A DNA stretch of 63,827 nt, filler included, from Stramenopiles sp. TOSAG23-2 (lineage: Eukaryota): the NCBI GenBank assembly GCA_900128395.1. It is 6 parts of 6 records of this genome, joined end to end, with 100 filler letters (N's around TTAATTAATTAA, not from the genome) between each part and the next. Parts side by side here need not be neighbours in the genome. Positions count along the whole stretch, not along the records: positions 1 to 12,456 come from LT649851.1; positions 12,557 to 25,003 come from LT649852.1; 4 more parts are not named here. One strand, 5' to 3'. Position numbers and translations under genes: made by a program. Positions within the stretch are counted from its first letter, which is position 1, and each line of letters opens with the position of its first letter. Positions 10,922-23,500 of the stretch are shown here, piece by piece. The notes under the pieces are model-generated. The model saw nothing but the letters and a program-made list of their open reading frames with translations, did not search any database and was not told where the DNA came from.

Positions 10922-12456
10922 CTACAATCTAGTAGATTCTGTTTTGTAAACCACACAGTAGATGTCAACGTTTTCTGTTATACTGTACGAAGAGTCCACA
11001 TTACATATTGACATGGTATACGAGCCACCGCTTAATGTATCCACAGCAACTACAGGCACACCTTGTGTATTCATGGTTCCAGCTCTTTTCCCTATGAAAC
11101 ACATAACGATGTCAGCAGCTTCTAAAAATGAGTCAGAAACAGTGACAGTTTGACACGCATCTGGATCTAATTCATATGTACCACCAGGGAAACGTAAATC
11201 GATGGATAACGCGTTTGAGGTTACAGTACAAGTTCTTGAGTATGCTACGGCGTTACCAGTGCATGCAATATCTTCTACGGTTGCTAATTGGTGGTAGACC
11301 TTAACCTTACCCCTAGTAGTCGCTGGCCCAGCTTTGATAACAACATCTCCACCAGTATTACCAGTTCCATGGGTTCCTCCAGTAATTGTAACGGATCCAC
11401 CGTCATTATTCGCAGCCCCTTGACCACCAGTAATTGTCAAATCACCACCAGCACCACCAGCCGAGGATGATCCTGCAAATATGTCGAGATTACCACCTTT
11501 ACCACTAGATGAATCCCCGGATGATAAGCTAGTTGCTCCGCCCGTCCCACCACTACTCGCGCCTGCAGCTAACGTTAACGCACCTCCAGCTGCTGCAGTA
11601 GAAACACCGGCAGTAATGGTAACAGCACCACCAGCCGCAGCAGTAGATTTTCCAGCTGTGAGCAAGATTGAACCACCATTACCAACGCTTGCATCCCCGA
11701 CGGTCAATGAAATGAGGCCAGCTTTTCCGTCAGAATCTGCATTTCCTGTACTCATAGCAATTGATCCAGAAGATCCACACGAAGTTGAACCAGAGGCAAA
11801 TACTAAACTTCCACTGATACCGAGATTCCCAGAGTCTTTTGTTTTTACTATTATTGAACCACTACTAGTCGCGGTACCAGTACCTGAAAGTATCGAGACA
11901 AATCCACCAGTTTTTGATTGGGAGGTTCCCCCAAGTATTGATACATCACCTCCTAATCCAGAAGTAGTACCATGCGCACTTGCCCCGCCCGCTACAGACG
12001 TATCTCCGCCATCTGCAGCAGCAGCAGTTGTCTTACCAGCTGTAACTGATGACGCACCGCCATTTCCAGAAACTTGGTCTAGTGCTTTAATTGTGACTGA
12101 TCCACCATCCATTACAATAGCGCTTGTTCCAGTAAAATCAACGGTGGAAGAAGCGGCGAAGTCTATTTGTTGCGTATTTCCAATTGAGACTAACAACTCG
12201 TCAATGTGTACCAATTGATTTGCACTGCTTTCTGAGTCGTAAATAACGACATTTCCAGAAGTAGCTCCAGGATCCCCTCTTGTTCCGGGATAAATATTTA
12301 CATTTCCAGTACTTTTGCCAGCTGTTGTAGCTTGGCCAGCGCGTATATTTACATGGCCACCATTTTCCGCACTAGCTTGACCCGATTGCATCAGAATGTC
12401 ACCACCGTTATGACTGGAGCTTGTACCAACTGTTAAAAACATATCACCACCTTCAC
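10922..12456 (-). CDS. 5'-truncated Gly/Ser/Thr/Ala-rich repeat protein (GGxVxIxAG repeats, probable beta-solenoid) with Cys-containing C-terminal domain
   Basis: ORF open up to the contig edge; many GG-x-hydrophobic-x-hydrophobic-x-(A/G)G units. Confidence 0.75.
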
Positions 12457-12556
12457 NNNNNNNNNNNNNNNNNNNNNNNNNNNNNNNNNNNNNNNNNNNN
12501 TTAATTAATTAANNNNNNNNNNNNNNNNNNNNNNNNNNNNNNNNNNNNNNNNNNNN
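12457..12556. other. Artificial contig spacer
   Basis: N run with central TTAATTAATTAA six-frame stop. Confidence 0.98.
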
Positions 12557-12596
12557 CACCAATTAATATATATATATTTTTATAATATCTTTCCGT

Positions 12597-15500
12597 ATGG
12601 CAAATCAACAACCAAATACTAATTTTCGTACCTCTAAATTAATACAAGAAATATTAGTTGGATTAAGGGATGATAAAACTGAGAATGTTGTTGATTTAAG
12701 TAATGGTTTATTGAACGATGATGATGTGAAAAGAATGTGTGTATTTCTACCACGAAATGTAACGATGGATAGCTTAATAGCAAGACATAATAATTTGACA
12801 TATAAATCTGGACAAGCATTTGCACAAGCACTTGCTACTCGACATGCGCATATAGAAGAACTTGATCTTAGTTTCAATTCAATACGTATGGAAGGTATTA
12901 TAAGTTTAAGTGAAGCATTAGAATGGAATACTAGTATATTAACTTTAAATCTAAGACGAAATGAATTAACAAATGATGGTGAAAGTGTGGAAGGTATTGT
13001 AAAATTAGCAAGGGCATTGGAAAAAAATTATGGTATGACAGATTTAGATTTAAGTGATAACAATTTAACAGATTATTTAGGTAAAATGGAAGGTGTAGCA
13101 GCATTAGCAGCTATGTTGGAAAAAAACGAGACATTAAAAATTTTAAAAATACCAAATAATGTATTAGGTTCACAAGGTGCTGCGTTATTATCTGATTGTA
13201 TCGTATCGAATACGGCATTGACGTCATTGAATTTAGCATCAAACAGTTTAGGATCAAAAGGTGCAAAAAGCATTGCATCTATTTTATCACGTGGTAGTTT
13301 GAAAAATATTAAAGAATTAAATTTAGCACATAATGATTTGTGTGGTCAGTATGGAAATATAGAAGATAATGAAGTAAAAATATTAGCCAATTCATTAAAA
13401 GGTCATGAAACATTGACAAATTTAAATTTAATTGACAACGGAGTAACCGTTGCCGCGGGTCGGGTTTTTGTAGATGCATTGCGATATAATACATCATTAT
13501 TAGAGCTAAAAATTGGTGGTTCTGATCCTGTACAAGGTAGTGATAAAGTTATGGAAAGTTTACGTTTATGTTTGGAATCAAATCAAACTATTTCTAAAAT
13601 TATAAATGGTGAAATTGACGATGTAAATATGCAAGACAATAAACTTCGATCGCCATTGCACCATGCCGTGGAAGCACGATCAATTGCTGGTATTGCAAAA
13701 TTAATAGACGATTTAGATGCGGAGAAAGATGTTCAAGATGCAAGGCGTTGCACGCCTTTAAGACGTAGTGTAGAAATGAGATTTGCTCCAACAATTGCTG
13801 CATTATTATCTAGAGATGTAAATATAAATTTAACTGATAAGTTTGGAGATAGTCCATTGCATCAAGCAGTACGAGATGGCGATGGAGCATTAGCGACTGT
13901 TTTATTAGATCAAGGAGCTGATACGTCCATCTTAAACAATCGTGGGTTAAGACCATTAGATGTAACACGATCACAACATTTAAGAGAGCTATTGTTGAAA
14001 CATGCTAGGAGACGACCGATATGGTTAATCGTTGGACATGATGATTTAGAATTAGAATTTGGTGAGCGTTTAGCAAAGGAAATATGGGATCGTAGTGGTT
14101 TAATGTCATGGATAGGTGGTGGTGAAGGGCGTGATGGATGGAAGCATGATGATTCATACATGACAAAAAATACAGTCGATGGTGACAATGAAGATGGTAA
14201 GAATACCAAAAAGAAGAAGAAGAAAACGGGAACTGGCAAGAAAAATTCACAGCAAGAATTTGCTGGTTATGAAGGTTCAACTGATAAGTTAATGGAGGAT
14301 ATGATAGGTCATTGTGCAATAGTCGTATTTATTGCAGGTCCATACTCGCAACGATCTCCTGCGTGTCTTCGAGAATTAATGGTTGCTGTAGATAAAAATA
14401 TACCAATTATCAATGCACAATATCATTCAGCACCATTGCCACGTTCTTTGGAAGGGTATTTATATAAAAAGAAAATGTTTTCATTTACAAAAATTACGGA
14501 AGCTATGACGAAATCAAGACGTGCACATGCATGGGATGATGTGGCACCAGAATTTGTGAAACTAATGCATGTCTATGAAGATGAATTTAGAAAACAATTA
14601 CCAATAAAAATGATGCCGATGATTGGATCCGATGCGGATCATTTTGCTTTGAAACAAGTTGATGGTAAATGTTACGTATTTATTTCTCATGGCGGTGCAC
14701 ATCGCCAATATGCGACACATGTAAAACACGAACTGGAACAATATCGATTGTGGTGTTTTGTGGATAATAATGATAAAAGGGCTGCTGAAGATAGGTTAAC
14801 ATTAGCACAAGAAGGTTTGAATAAATGTATGGTATTTGTACCAATTTTATCAGACGATTCATTGAAAAACCCAATTCTAGTGGAACAAATTAAATTAGCA
14901 GAGAAAACTGGTAAACCGTTGTTTCCGATTGTATTATCACAAATGAAAATTCCGCCAATGTTACATAGTCCATGTACTTTGCTCACTCGGCGCTCCATTG
15001 TTACTCATATTCATCCGTCGTTAAATAAAGATAAATTTAGTGGAATTGGACGTGTACATTTTAGGGGTAATTATGAAAGTTTAGCGGTTTGGATTCAAAG
15101 TCAAATTGCTATGGGAGTTATACATTCTAATGCTGGTGTGTTGACAATGGAAGATGAAGAAGATAGTAAAAATGATGGGGATGATTTGTTTGATAATCTT
15201 GGTAGCCCATTTGAGGCGAAGAGTAAAAAGAAGTCCAAAAAAAGTGTCGGGTCACATGGATCTAATTTTGGTGGTGGTGCAAAAGATGGCGCAAGATATA
15301 GACAATTGCAAGAACGAATACGTGGTCAAGATCAAGCACTTGTGGAATCCTTTGACCGAATTAAGGCATTGGAAAAAGAACTGAAAATGGCAAATAAAAA
15401 AATTGCTAAATCTGGTTTGATAGTGAAAGAATTAGCTACGTGTGTTGAATTTTATAGAAGTAAATTGCCACGATATCAAAAAGAAGAAATTGAAATCGAA

Positions 15501-15707
15501 TCTTCCATTGGTGAAGAAGATGCAGAAACTTTAAAGGAAAAAGCATTATATTTACATCGTATGGACCCTGCTGTGCAAATTCAACGTATGGTTCGAGGAA
15601 TGATAACTAGAGAAAAAGTATATCAAATAAAATTGCTTAAATCAGCTATATATGTTCAAAGTCGCTATAGAGGTTACATTGTGAGGAGGAAAATGTGGGA
15701 AGAGTAA
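12597..15707 (+). CDS. LRR (RNI/NLRC3-like) - ankyrin - TIR - TIR - coiled coil - IQ protein
   Basis: LxxLxLxxNxLGxxGAxxL repeats; SPLHHAV, SPLHQAV; IVVFIAGPYSQRSPACLREL and YVFISHG...VFVPILSDDS TIR motifs; IQRMVRG and VQSRYRGY IQ motifs. Confidence 0.85.
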   Translation: MANQQPNTNFRTSKLIQEILVGLRDDKTENVVDLSNGLLNDDDVKRMCVFLPRNVTMDSLIARHNNLTYKSGQAFAQALATRHAHIEELDLSFNSIRMEGIISLSEALEWNTSILTLNLRRNELTNDGESVEGIVKLARALEKNYGMTDLDLSDNNLTDYLGKMEGVAALAAMLEKNETLKILKIPNNVLGSQGAALLSDCIVSNTALTSLNLASNSLGSKGAKSIASILSRGSLKNIKELNLAHNDLCGQYGNIEDNEVKILANSLKGHETLTNLNLIDNGVTVAAGRVFVDALRYNTSLLELKIGGSDPVQGSDKVMESLRLCLESNQTISKIINGEIDDVNMQDNKLRSPLHHAVEARSIAGIAKLIDDLDAEKDVQDARRCTPLRRSVEMRFAPTIAALLSRDVNINLTDKFGDSPLHQAVRDGDGALATVLLDQGADTSILNNRGLRPLDVTRSQHLRELLLKHARRRPIWLIVGHDDLELEFGERLAKEIWDRSGLMSWIGGGEGRDGWKHDDSYMTKNTVDGDNEDGKNTKKKKKKTGTGKKNSQQEFAGYEGSTDKLMEDMIGHCAIVVFIAGPYSQRSPACLRELMVAVDKNIPIINAQYHSAPLPRSLEGYLYKKKMFSFTKITEAMTKSRRAHAWDDVAPEFVKLMHVYEDEFRKQLPIKMMPMIGSDADHFALKQVDGKCYVFISHGGAHRQYATHVKHELEQYRLWCFVDNNDKRAAEDRLTLAQEGLNKCMVFVPILSDDSLKNPILVEQIKLAEKTGKPLFPIVLSQMKIPPMLHSPCTLLTRRSIVTHIHPSLNKDKFSGIGRVHFRGNYESLAVWIQSQIAMGVIHSNAGVLTMEDEEDSKNDGDDLFDNLGSPFEAKSKKKSKKSVGSHGSNFGGGAKDGARYRQLQERIRGQDQALVESFDRIKALEKELKMANKKIAKSGLIVKELATCVEFYRSKLPRYQKEEIEIESSIGEEDAETLKEKALYLHRMDPAVQIQRMVRGMITREKVYQIKLLKSAIYVQSRYRGYIVRRKMWEE

Positions 15708-15983
15708 AAAAAGCGTGTGTATGTGTGTGTTTTATTTTATACACCGTATATAATATAAAAAATTCTCTTACTTAAATATTATATTTTTATCCCGTTTGTT
15801 TGTGTGTGTTCTAATTTACAGTCGTTATCTCTAACGTAGAGTTTTAGATTATGTACTCATACGAGACGTATTTATTTACACGTGTACGAACAACTAAAAT
15901 ATATTTTAAATTACGTCTCTCTAGTTCTCTCTCTCTCTAAAAATAACCTGGAACAACAAAAAATATTTTTTTTTACTTTTTTT

Positions 15984-16480
15984 TTAATTTAAAAATTTTT
16001 CCACTAATTTTTGTAAAAAAAGCTATCATATCTGCAAAATGAAACTATACCAACATATAGATGTGCAGGTTTTTTACAAGGGTTATGGCATATGCCGGTA
16101 TTTCCAAAGCAACTTGCATAAACCATCTCTTTGTGCGATTACGTATTTGTGAATCTTTATCTATATACTATTCTCTTCTCCAATTTCTCGTATAACTTTT
16201 CTAATTCTTTGTATTTCTTTCTTACAATTTTCCAATCTTGTTGATTCATCTTTGGGTATAGTGTCGGAAGCATCCATAGGCAAGGACTTCTCATAGCTCA
16301 AATCAATATGTTTTGGTATACTTATAGTTGCCCCCATTATGTACAAAATTTAAAGGAATCTAATAGTTATGAGATATTATTTGGTCTATCCAGCCTTATA
16401 ACGCTGTTGTTACTGCAACACGATACTTGGCATACTACAGTATAATACATATACAAAAAATTTACAACAAGTCTTTCATC
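15984..16480 (-). pseudogene. Frameshifted gene remnant
   Basis: Protein-like segments in successive frames (ENCKKEIQRIRKVIREIGEENSI / DKDSQIRNRTKRWFMQVALEIPAY / FADMIAFLQKLVEKFLN) broken by small indels. Confidence 0.45.
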
Positions 16481-16951
16481 TAATAAATAATGTGCACTAT
16501 TATTAATACTCTACCGGTACTATAAAATAATAACAACTGTTGTTTGTTTTGAAAAAAAAAAAAAAAACACAGCAGCAGTAAATAAGTCTGGAAGTCCACC
16601 TGGTCCACAACAGGCCACAGCAGGCAGTTGCTTTTTTTTTGCCTGTAATAACGTATACTAATAAGTACAATTTCGTATAAATCGGCAATCATCTTTTCTC
16701 AAAAAACCAGCAGTTATTTTGTCATTTTTATTATGTTGTAAATAATGTATATAGTTATACATCCAGTACACATCTATATACATCAATTGTGATGTAACAT
16801 GTCTTTCCAATTACATAGCGTGTCATATGACTACATAAAAATAAGATTAGAGTAATGCAAGGTAATAAATAATAAGAAGGAGAAGAAATCAACCCCCATC
16901 GATCTGCTTGATAGTAGATATTAACTTACAGCTGTGCTCAGGATTACTTCT

Positions 16952-18757
16952 ATGATGCAAAGTAATAATAATAATAAATTACGCCCCATCGATCCGATTG
17001 ATCAATATATAAAAGAAATTCCTGAAAGTCTTCATGATATTATCTATTGTTGGGATCGACCACATCAATTGTTTAGAAATATGATCGATGAGAAAAAAGA
17101 CATGAATATACAAAAAGATTTTGATATTAAACCAAGAAAAATTGAAGTACATGAATTAGAATGGCTGGAGCAAGTCTTAAATGAAAATGCTTTTCTTAGA
17201 GCGAAAAAGCTTCAGGAAAGGAAATTGCTATACCAAGTATCAAAAATTATATTATTAGAAGAAAGTCAAGACATTTTATTTAGACAAGGCGATGAATCTA
17301 CTTCATATTTTATTGTATTACATGGTGAGTTAAATTGTATTGTATCTACAGATAATGAAGGTGAAAGTGCGGCAGATATATATGCTTCTAGTAGGGTGAA
17401 AACGAAAAAAATGTTTTCAACAAAAAGAGCCATGAAAAATCAAAAGAAAAAGAAAATAGTTGTTCATGGACAAAGAGTTGGGGGCCATATAAAAGAAAAA
17501 GATCTTCGTGGCGTTATCGTTGGTACATTTATAGCTGGAAATAGCTTTGGAGAAACAGCATTGACAAAAACCAAACATGGTTTACATAGACGCGCTTCTG
17601 TAATAGCGAAGAAACCAAGCATTTTATTACGTATAGGAACAAAGGAATATATTAAAGTACAAAGAAAATGGAAAAGTCTAAAACTAAAATTAACTGCAAA
17701 TTTTCTTTCACGTTTAGATTTTTTAAAACATTGGCCAAAACAGAAAATATATACATTGGCAGAAAATGCATGTTCCCTTATTGTTTTTCATAAAAATGAA
17801 ATTGTCCAAAAAAAAAATGATCCTATATTATATATGTATATCATTGTATCTGGCGCATTGCGAAAGATGCAAAAATTTCCACATCGTAAAAACACAATTT
17901 TAGAAACGAAAAAAGCATTTAGAGGTGATTTAATATGTTGTAATGAATGGATACATCATGTTACTCACAGTTCATTTGCTATAATTACTGCATCTGAATT
18001 TTTTAAAACGGAGGTAATACGGTTAAATCAAAATGGGTTTTTAATGATTCAAAAAGATGAAATTGCATTTAATAAAATGTGTGAAATAGTCAAAGCGAAT
18101 GAATATTTGAAATATTATGAAATTACTGAAAAACATAAACTAATTGATAATCAAAATGTCTTAGTCAGACAAGCACATCCAACAAGTTCATTTAAGAAGG
18201 ATAATGAACTAAGAGAAAATTGGAAAACTTTTCGCAGAAATTTATCATCAACAGTAAAGGCAATTCCTACGTATGATGAACAGATAAATTTGAAATTAAA
18301 AATAGCCAAACAACATCATAAAGTCAATTCGTATTTAGATAAGAAAATGAAACGTGATGGTGGGACGTACCATTTAACGCAATTGCGTTTGTTAGTTGCT
18401 AGTAGAAGCGATGATAAAACGAACAATGAAAATAAACAGTTATTTGAGACATTGGCGAAAAAAATTGATGATAAAAAAGATGAAGATGATGATATTATTG
18501 ATACAACTCACAAAGAGGAAGAGAATGAACAAAAAAAGACGACAATTCGTCCAAAACGACTAGGTGCAGCACGCAAAACGGTAACAATACGTTCACCAGA
18601 GCCTCCATCAAATCAATCTTCAAATTCAAATTTACAATTTAGATTAAAGTCACCAAATAGTTATAATTCGCATCGTATAATTTTGAATAGAAATATATGG
18701 AGTTCACAATCTAGTAGCCCAATAGAAATGAGTCGTAGTAATAAATTAATGTTATGA
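16952..18757 (+). CDS. Cyclic nucleotide-binding domain protein (two CNB domains)
   Basis: ILFRQGDESTSYFIVLHGEL...GNSFGETAL...RRASVIA; second degenerate domain IVQKKNDPILYMYIIVSG. Confidence 0.85.
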   Translation: MMQSNNNNKLRPIDPIDQYIKEIPESLHDIIYCWDRPHQLFRNMIDEKKDMNIQKDFDIKPRKIEVHELEWLEQVLNENAFLRAKKLQERKLLYQVSKIILLEESQDILFRQGDESTSYFIVLHGELNCIVSTDNEGESAADIYASSRVKTKKMFSTKRAMKNQKKKKIVVHGQRVGGHIKEKDLRGVIVGTFIAGNSFGETALTKTKHGLHRRASVIAKKPSILLRIGTKEYIKVQRKWKSLKLKLTANFLSRLDFLKHWPKQKIYTLAENACSLIVFHKNEIVQKKNDPILYMYIIVSGALRKMQKFPHRKNTILETKKAFRGDLICCNEWIHHVTHSSFAIITASEFFKTEVIRLNQNGFLMIQKDEIAFNKMCEIVKANEYLKYYEITEKHKLIDNQNVLVRQAHPTSSFKKDNELRENWKTFRRNLSSTVKAIPTYDEQINLKLKIAKQHHKVNSYLDKKMKRDGGTYHLTQLRLLVASRSDDKTNNENKQLFETLAKKIDDKKDEDDDIIDTTHKEEENEQKKTTIRPKRLGAARKTVTIRSPEPPSNQSSNSNLQFRLKSPNSYNSHRIILNRNIWSSQSSSPIEMSRSNKLML

Positions 18758-18848
18758 TAATATATGTGTTTTTCTCTTACCATATGTATTATCATATCAT
18801 ATATATATAAATATATACATCATGTACACACACACACTTTCAAAATAT

Positions 18849-18911
18849 TTAATCACTGTCACTATCTGAATCAGAATCTTCATCGCTATCTTCATCACTA
18901 TCTTCATCGCT

Positions 18912-18942
<31 letters not shown>

Positions 18943-19820
18943 CCTTCATTATCTACAGCTGGTGGTTTATACGATGCGAATTCACTTGCACGAAATCTAG
19001 TTAAAAATTTTCTACGATGTCCACCTTTTTTAATTCCAAGTGTATCTAAATCATATTCGGTAAATCCAACGGAACTTATAAAATTAATATCATCCCACCC
19101 TTGACTCAATAGTAAATCTGTATATTGTGGCAATTCTATAGTTTGTAACCAATTTGCAACCGCATTGTCTGTACGTGCCCACGTTTCCGCACGTTTTGCC
19201 CGTATTAGATCAGCAACTTTTACACTATTTTGAACAACTGCGAGTTCTAGCGCGGTATGGTTATCTTCGTTTGTCATTTCTAAGTCTACACCTGATTCTA
19301 ATATAATTTGAGCTGCTGGTACAGATCCACTAGTAGCAGCATAATGCAATGCTGTGTGTCCTAACGTGTCGGTTATATTCGCCATTGCACCTGATGCAAT
19401 TAATAGTTTTATAATCTCATGATGCCCATAACGTGCAGCTATATGCAAAGCACCATATCCGTCATGTCCATCGTTAAAGTTTGGATCAGCCCCTGCTTTT
19501 AAAAGTGTTTCCACTGCTTTTATATCACCTTCTGCACATGCTAATTGCATTGGAGTCCAAGAAACAAAACTATTATCTAACTTGCGTTGCAAATCGCCAC
19601 CGCCTTCAACCCATTTTTTCAAAAATTCAACATCACCAGAACGTGCAGCACTTATAACTTGTGGGGCATCTTGGTATGCTTTTGGAGACATAGGGACAAC
19701 TGCTCTTCCAATACCTAACGGTTCCGTTCTAATTGGCAATGGATTTCCATTTTCATCCATATTTTCTTTTTCCCCAACATCGACAACATTGTTCGTATTG
19801 TCCTTTAAATTCGCTTCCAT
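18849..19820 (-). CDS. Ankyrin repeat plus SAM domain protein with acidic tail
   Basis: GYGALHIAARYGH, GHTALHYAA; VANWLQTIELPQY...LDTLGIKKGGHRRK (SAM); poly-Asp tail. Confidence 0.9.
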
Positions 19821-20546
19821 CGTGGTTTTATTTTAATTGCTTTCACAACGCGTATTCAAAAATTATTTCTTGGAATTATATGTTGTCAGTCGTTGTCTAT
19901 GTGTATTTTTCATATTGTTTTCTTTCTTTTTTTTTAAAAAAAATAATCATATTTATTATTGATTATTGATAATAATAATAATTTTGTGCATTTCAAAAAA
20001 AAATGTCTCAGGCATTTTTTTATGGTTTTAAGGGAACATTTTGGGTATAAATTTTAAAATTACAATTTTTATTTTCATACCATTTACTTACACAGTAATA
20101 AAACTGCTACTGTTGACGTGATTGTATTATATATGTATTCAAAAAATTCTTTTTCCTTAAATTTATAAGCAATTTTTCATATAAGTTAAGTATAAATATT
20201 TTCAATAAAATATTTTTTGGTGTTATTTATAACTGCTGGCCCGGCTGGCGGGCTTGTCGTACGTGCGCAGAGTATTCAGTAGTGTTGCCGGCCCGTAATC
20301 CAGTAATCCTGTGGTAATGCTATGATGGTGCAAAAGCCGCCGCCTCCTCTTCTTTCAAAAACATCATAACAAAATAATCATCAATAAAATCATCATATTT
20401 TCAAAAAAATCAATTATTAATAATTTGATTAATGAATGGGGGAGGCAATTGAATAGAACAGAGAGAGAACGATAATCTACCGAATGAAATATAGATACGA
20501 CGACGGCGACGACGGACAATAACATAATAATAGAACAACAAAAAAG

Positions 20547-23500
20547 ATGAATGAGTATCATATATATGAGGAATTAGGAAAAGGTAAAAAATCCATTGTA
20601 TATAAAGGTAGGAAACATAAATCAATTGAATATGTTGCAGTGAAAAGCGTTGATAGGGACCAAATGGATAAAGTATTGCACGAGGTGCAAGTTATGTATC
20701 GTTTGAAACATCCAAATATATTAAGATTTTTCAATTGGTATGAGACTAGGAACCACATTTGGCTGATTTTAGAATATTGCACTGGCGGTGATCTATTGCA
20801 ATTATTGACACAGGATGCCCATATGCCAGAAAGAGCTTTGAAAGTGTTAGGTGTTGATTTATTAGCTGGTTTACACCATTTGCATACATTAGGTATTTTA
20901 TATTGCGATTTGAAACCTTCTAACGTGCTTGTTGATGAATTTGGCGTGTTAAAACTCTGTGATTTTGGGCTAGCTCGTGAATTTCCAACATTGAATAAAG
21001 ATGTCGATGGTAATAACGGCCCTAGACGTGGCACACCGTGTTATATGGCCCCTGAATTATTTGCTGAAGATGGTGTTTATAGCACCGCATCTGATTTGTG
21101 GTCACTAGGCTGTGTTTTATATGAACTTGCAGTCGGCAGCCCTCCATTTGTTTCAAATGATTTTGAAGAATTAGTTGAAATGATTGTTTGGTCCGAAGCT
21201 CCATTATCGCATCGTTATACATTGGAAAAATCGAAAAATCAAGTAACATTAAGTCTACAATTTCAAGATTTACTACATGGTTTGCTACAAAAACAACCGG
21301 AGGATCGTTTAAAATGGGATCAAGTATTGAAACATCCATTTTGGGATCCACGTTTAGCACCAAAACCTCAACCTTTACCAAATGAAGAATTATATAATAT
21401 GCATTTAAAAAAACGCCTTGCTGCAAAGGCAAAATCACATGCACGCTCTGCTTCTGTTATGGATAGCAGGAACAACAAAAATGACGACAATAATACTTCA
21501 CGTTCATCGACTACGTCTTCCTCTTCGCAAAATATTATTGAAGAAGATGGCTGGGATATAATACAAGAAGATAGTAATTTAGGAAATGAAAGCAATTATA
21601 CAACAAATTCCGAATGGGATGGAAATGAGACTAGTAAAACAACATTTGTTGGTGAATTTGAAATGTCGGATATTGTATCCGCTTCAAAAGAAAATAAAAA
21701 GCAAAGAAGAGGTGGAAGTAATAATGCCAGCGGTGTAGACATTATGCGTTTATCACGCATTGTGCGTGAAAATATGGAAAATGAAAAAAGTAATAATGGA
21801 TATGATGATAGAAAAGAAAATACAGTTTCCAATACAATATTGGCAACTGCAGATACAGAAGTAGATTTTATTGACAATAGCAAAGGTCGAAGTGAACAGC
21901 AAGGTCGTAGTCATGAAGAAAGTCTCGGTGATGAAATAGAAGATGACGATTCTAGAGAAGAGGAACTTCTAGGTGTGAGTAATCATTTAGAAGATGATGA
22001 AGATAGTAACGATGATAAAAGCAGTTCAATGAATAGTAGTAGTAACAATTATGATATTAATAATAATCGTCATGGTGCAGTAAGTCCACATGCATTTGTA
22101 TCTAGAAGTACATCAAGATCAATTAAAAAAACAAATTCTGGGATTGAAGAAGGGGATACAGAGGGAGACGAGAAAAAAAAGAACAATAGGAATAAAAAAA
22201 GTCCTTCATCATCATCATCTTCGCCACCACAATCATTAAATTCTCAAAACAAAAATTTATTATACATGAAAAATAATAACAATAATACACAACAACAGCG
22301 TTATGAAAGCAATGAAAGATATTTATTACAGCTTATATTAGATGGTGTTCCAGTAACAGTTTCGCCAATTAGTGGCAATCGTTCCATTGAAACACCAACC
22401 CAATTAACATTTAAAACATCTTCATTACCATTTAAGCCTGAATCCGTAAAAACCGTTATGAAAATGCAACAAGAAGATTTAGAAAGTTTCTTGACCAAGA
22501 TATATCGTGGATTAAGCGGTAAAGCAAGAACTGTTAGTGAAAAAATGAGTATCTTGGGTTATTTTACGACGATCTGCACGCCTACTCGCATTGCTAATTT
22601 AATCGTAAATAGCAGTGTGATGAGATTACTAGTAAAACTTGCACGAAAACATAGTACATCCCCAAATATACGTAGTGCAATTTCTAAGATGATGTCTACC
22701 TTATTTCGCCATGCAACATTTATAGCATCTGATATGGCTGATGATGGTGTGCTTCACGTGCTTGTGGAAATGGTGCGTGATCGACATCCGACGGTAAGAC
22801 GAGCTGCCATGGCAGCATTAGGCGAATTGCTTTTTTATATTACAACAGAAGATCAAGATGATAACGATCCACAATCACCAAATAAACCAGAAGATGATAA
22901 CAACAATGCTTGGATAGTTCCAGGAAATGTTATATCTTTAATCGATCGCGTCTTGCGTGTAAACGGAAGCACTACTGGGAATGGAGCAATGGGGGATGAC
23001 ATTGTTCAACATTATGCAACAAAGACATTGCAAAATATGTTTGCCCAAGGAACGTCGAATCAAGTGGCACGTTTTGCTACTCAAGAAATTGCATTACATT
23101 TACGGGATGCAATACGTGGTGGGCGAAATGATGCTCATCGTGTTGCCGCGATGACTGCATTGGCATTATTGCTACGTAGAAACCCAAAAGTCTTGCATAA
23201 AATTGTAGATAAAGCCACGTTGAAATATATATTAAGTCATTTTTCCGACATGAGATCTCGCACGTTGCAACCTGGATTGACGATAATGAACCTAGTGTTA
23301 TATCATGGGCGACACATGTCAAATAATATCAAACAGGTACGAAATATGTTGGTATCATCTCCGAGAATATTAAATACATTAACAAAATGTTTAGAAAATG
23401 CACCAAAGCAGGGAAATGTTAAAGGCCAAGTGTTAGTGTCATTGCGACTTTTATTAGATAATAATCCTGTATTTATAGCTGCATGTTGCAATGGGAAATT

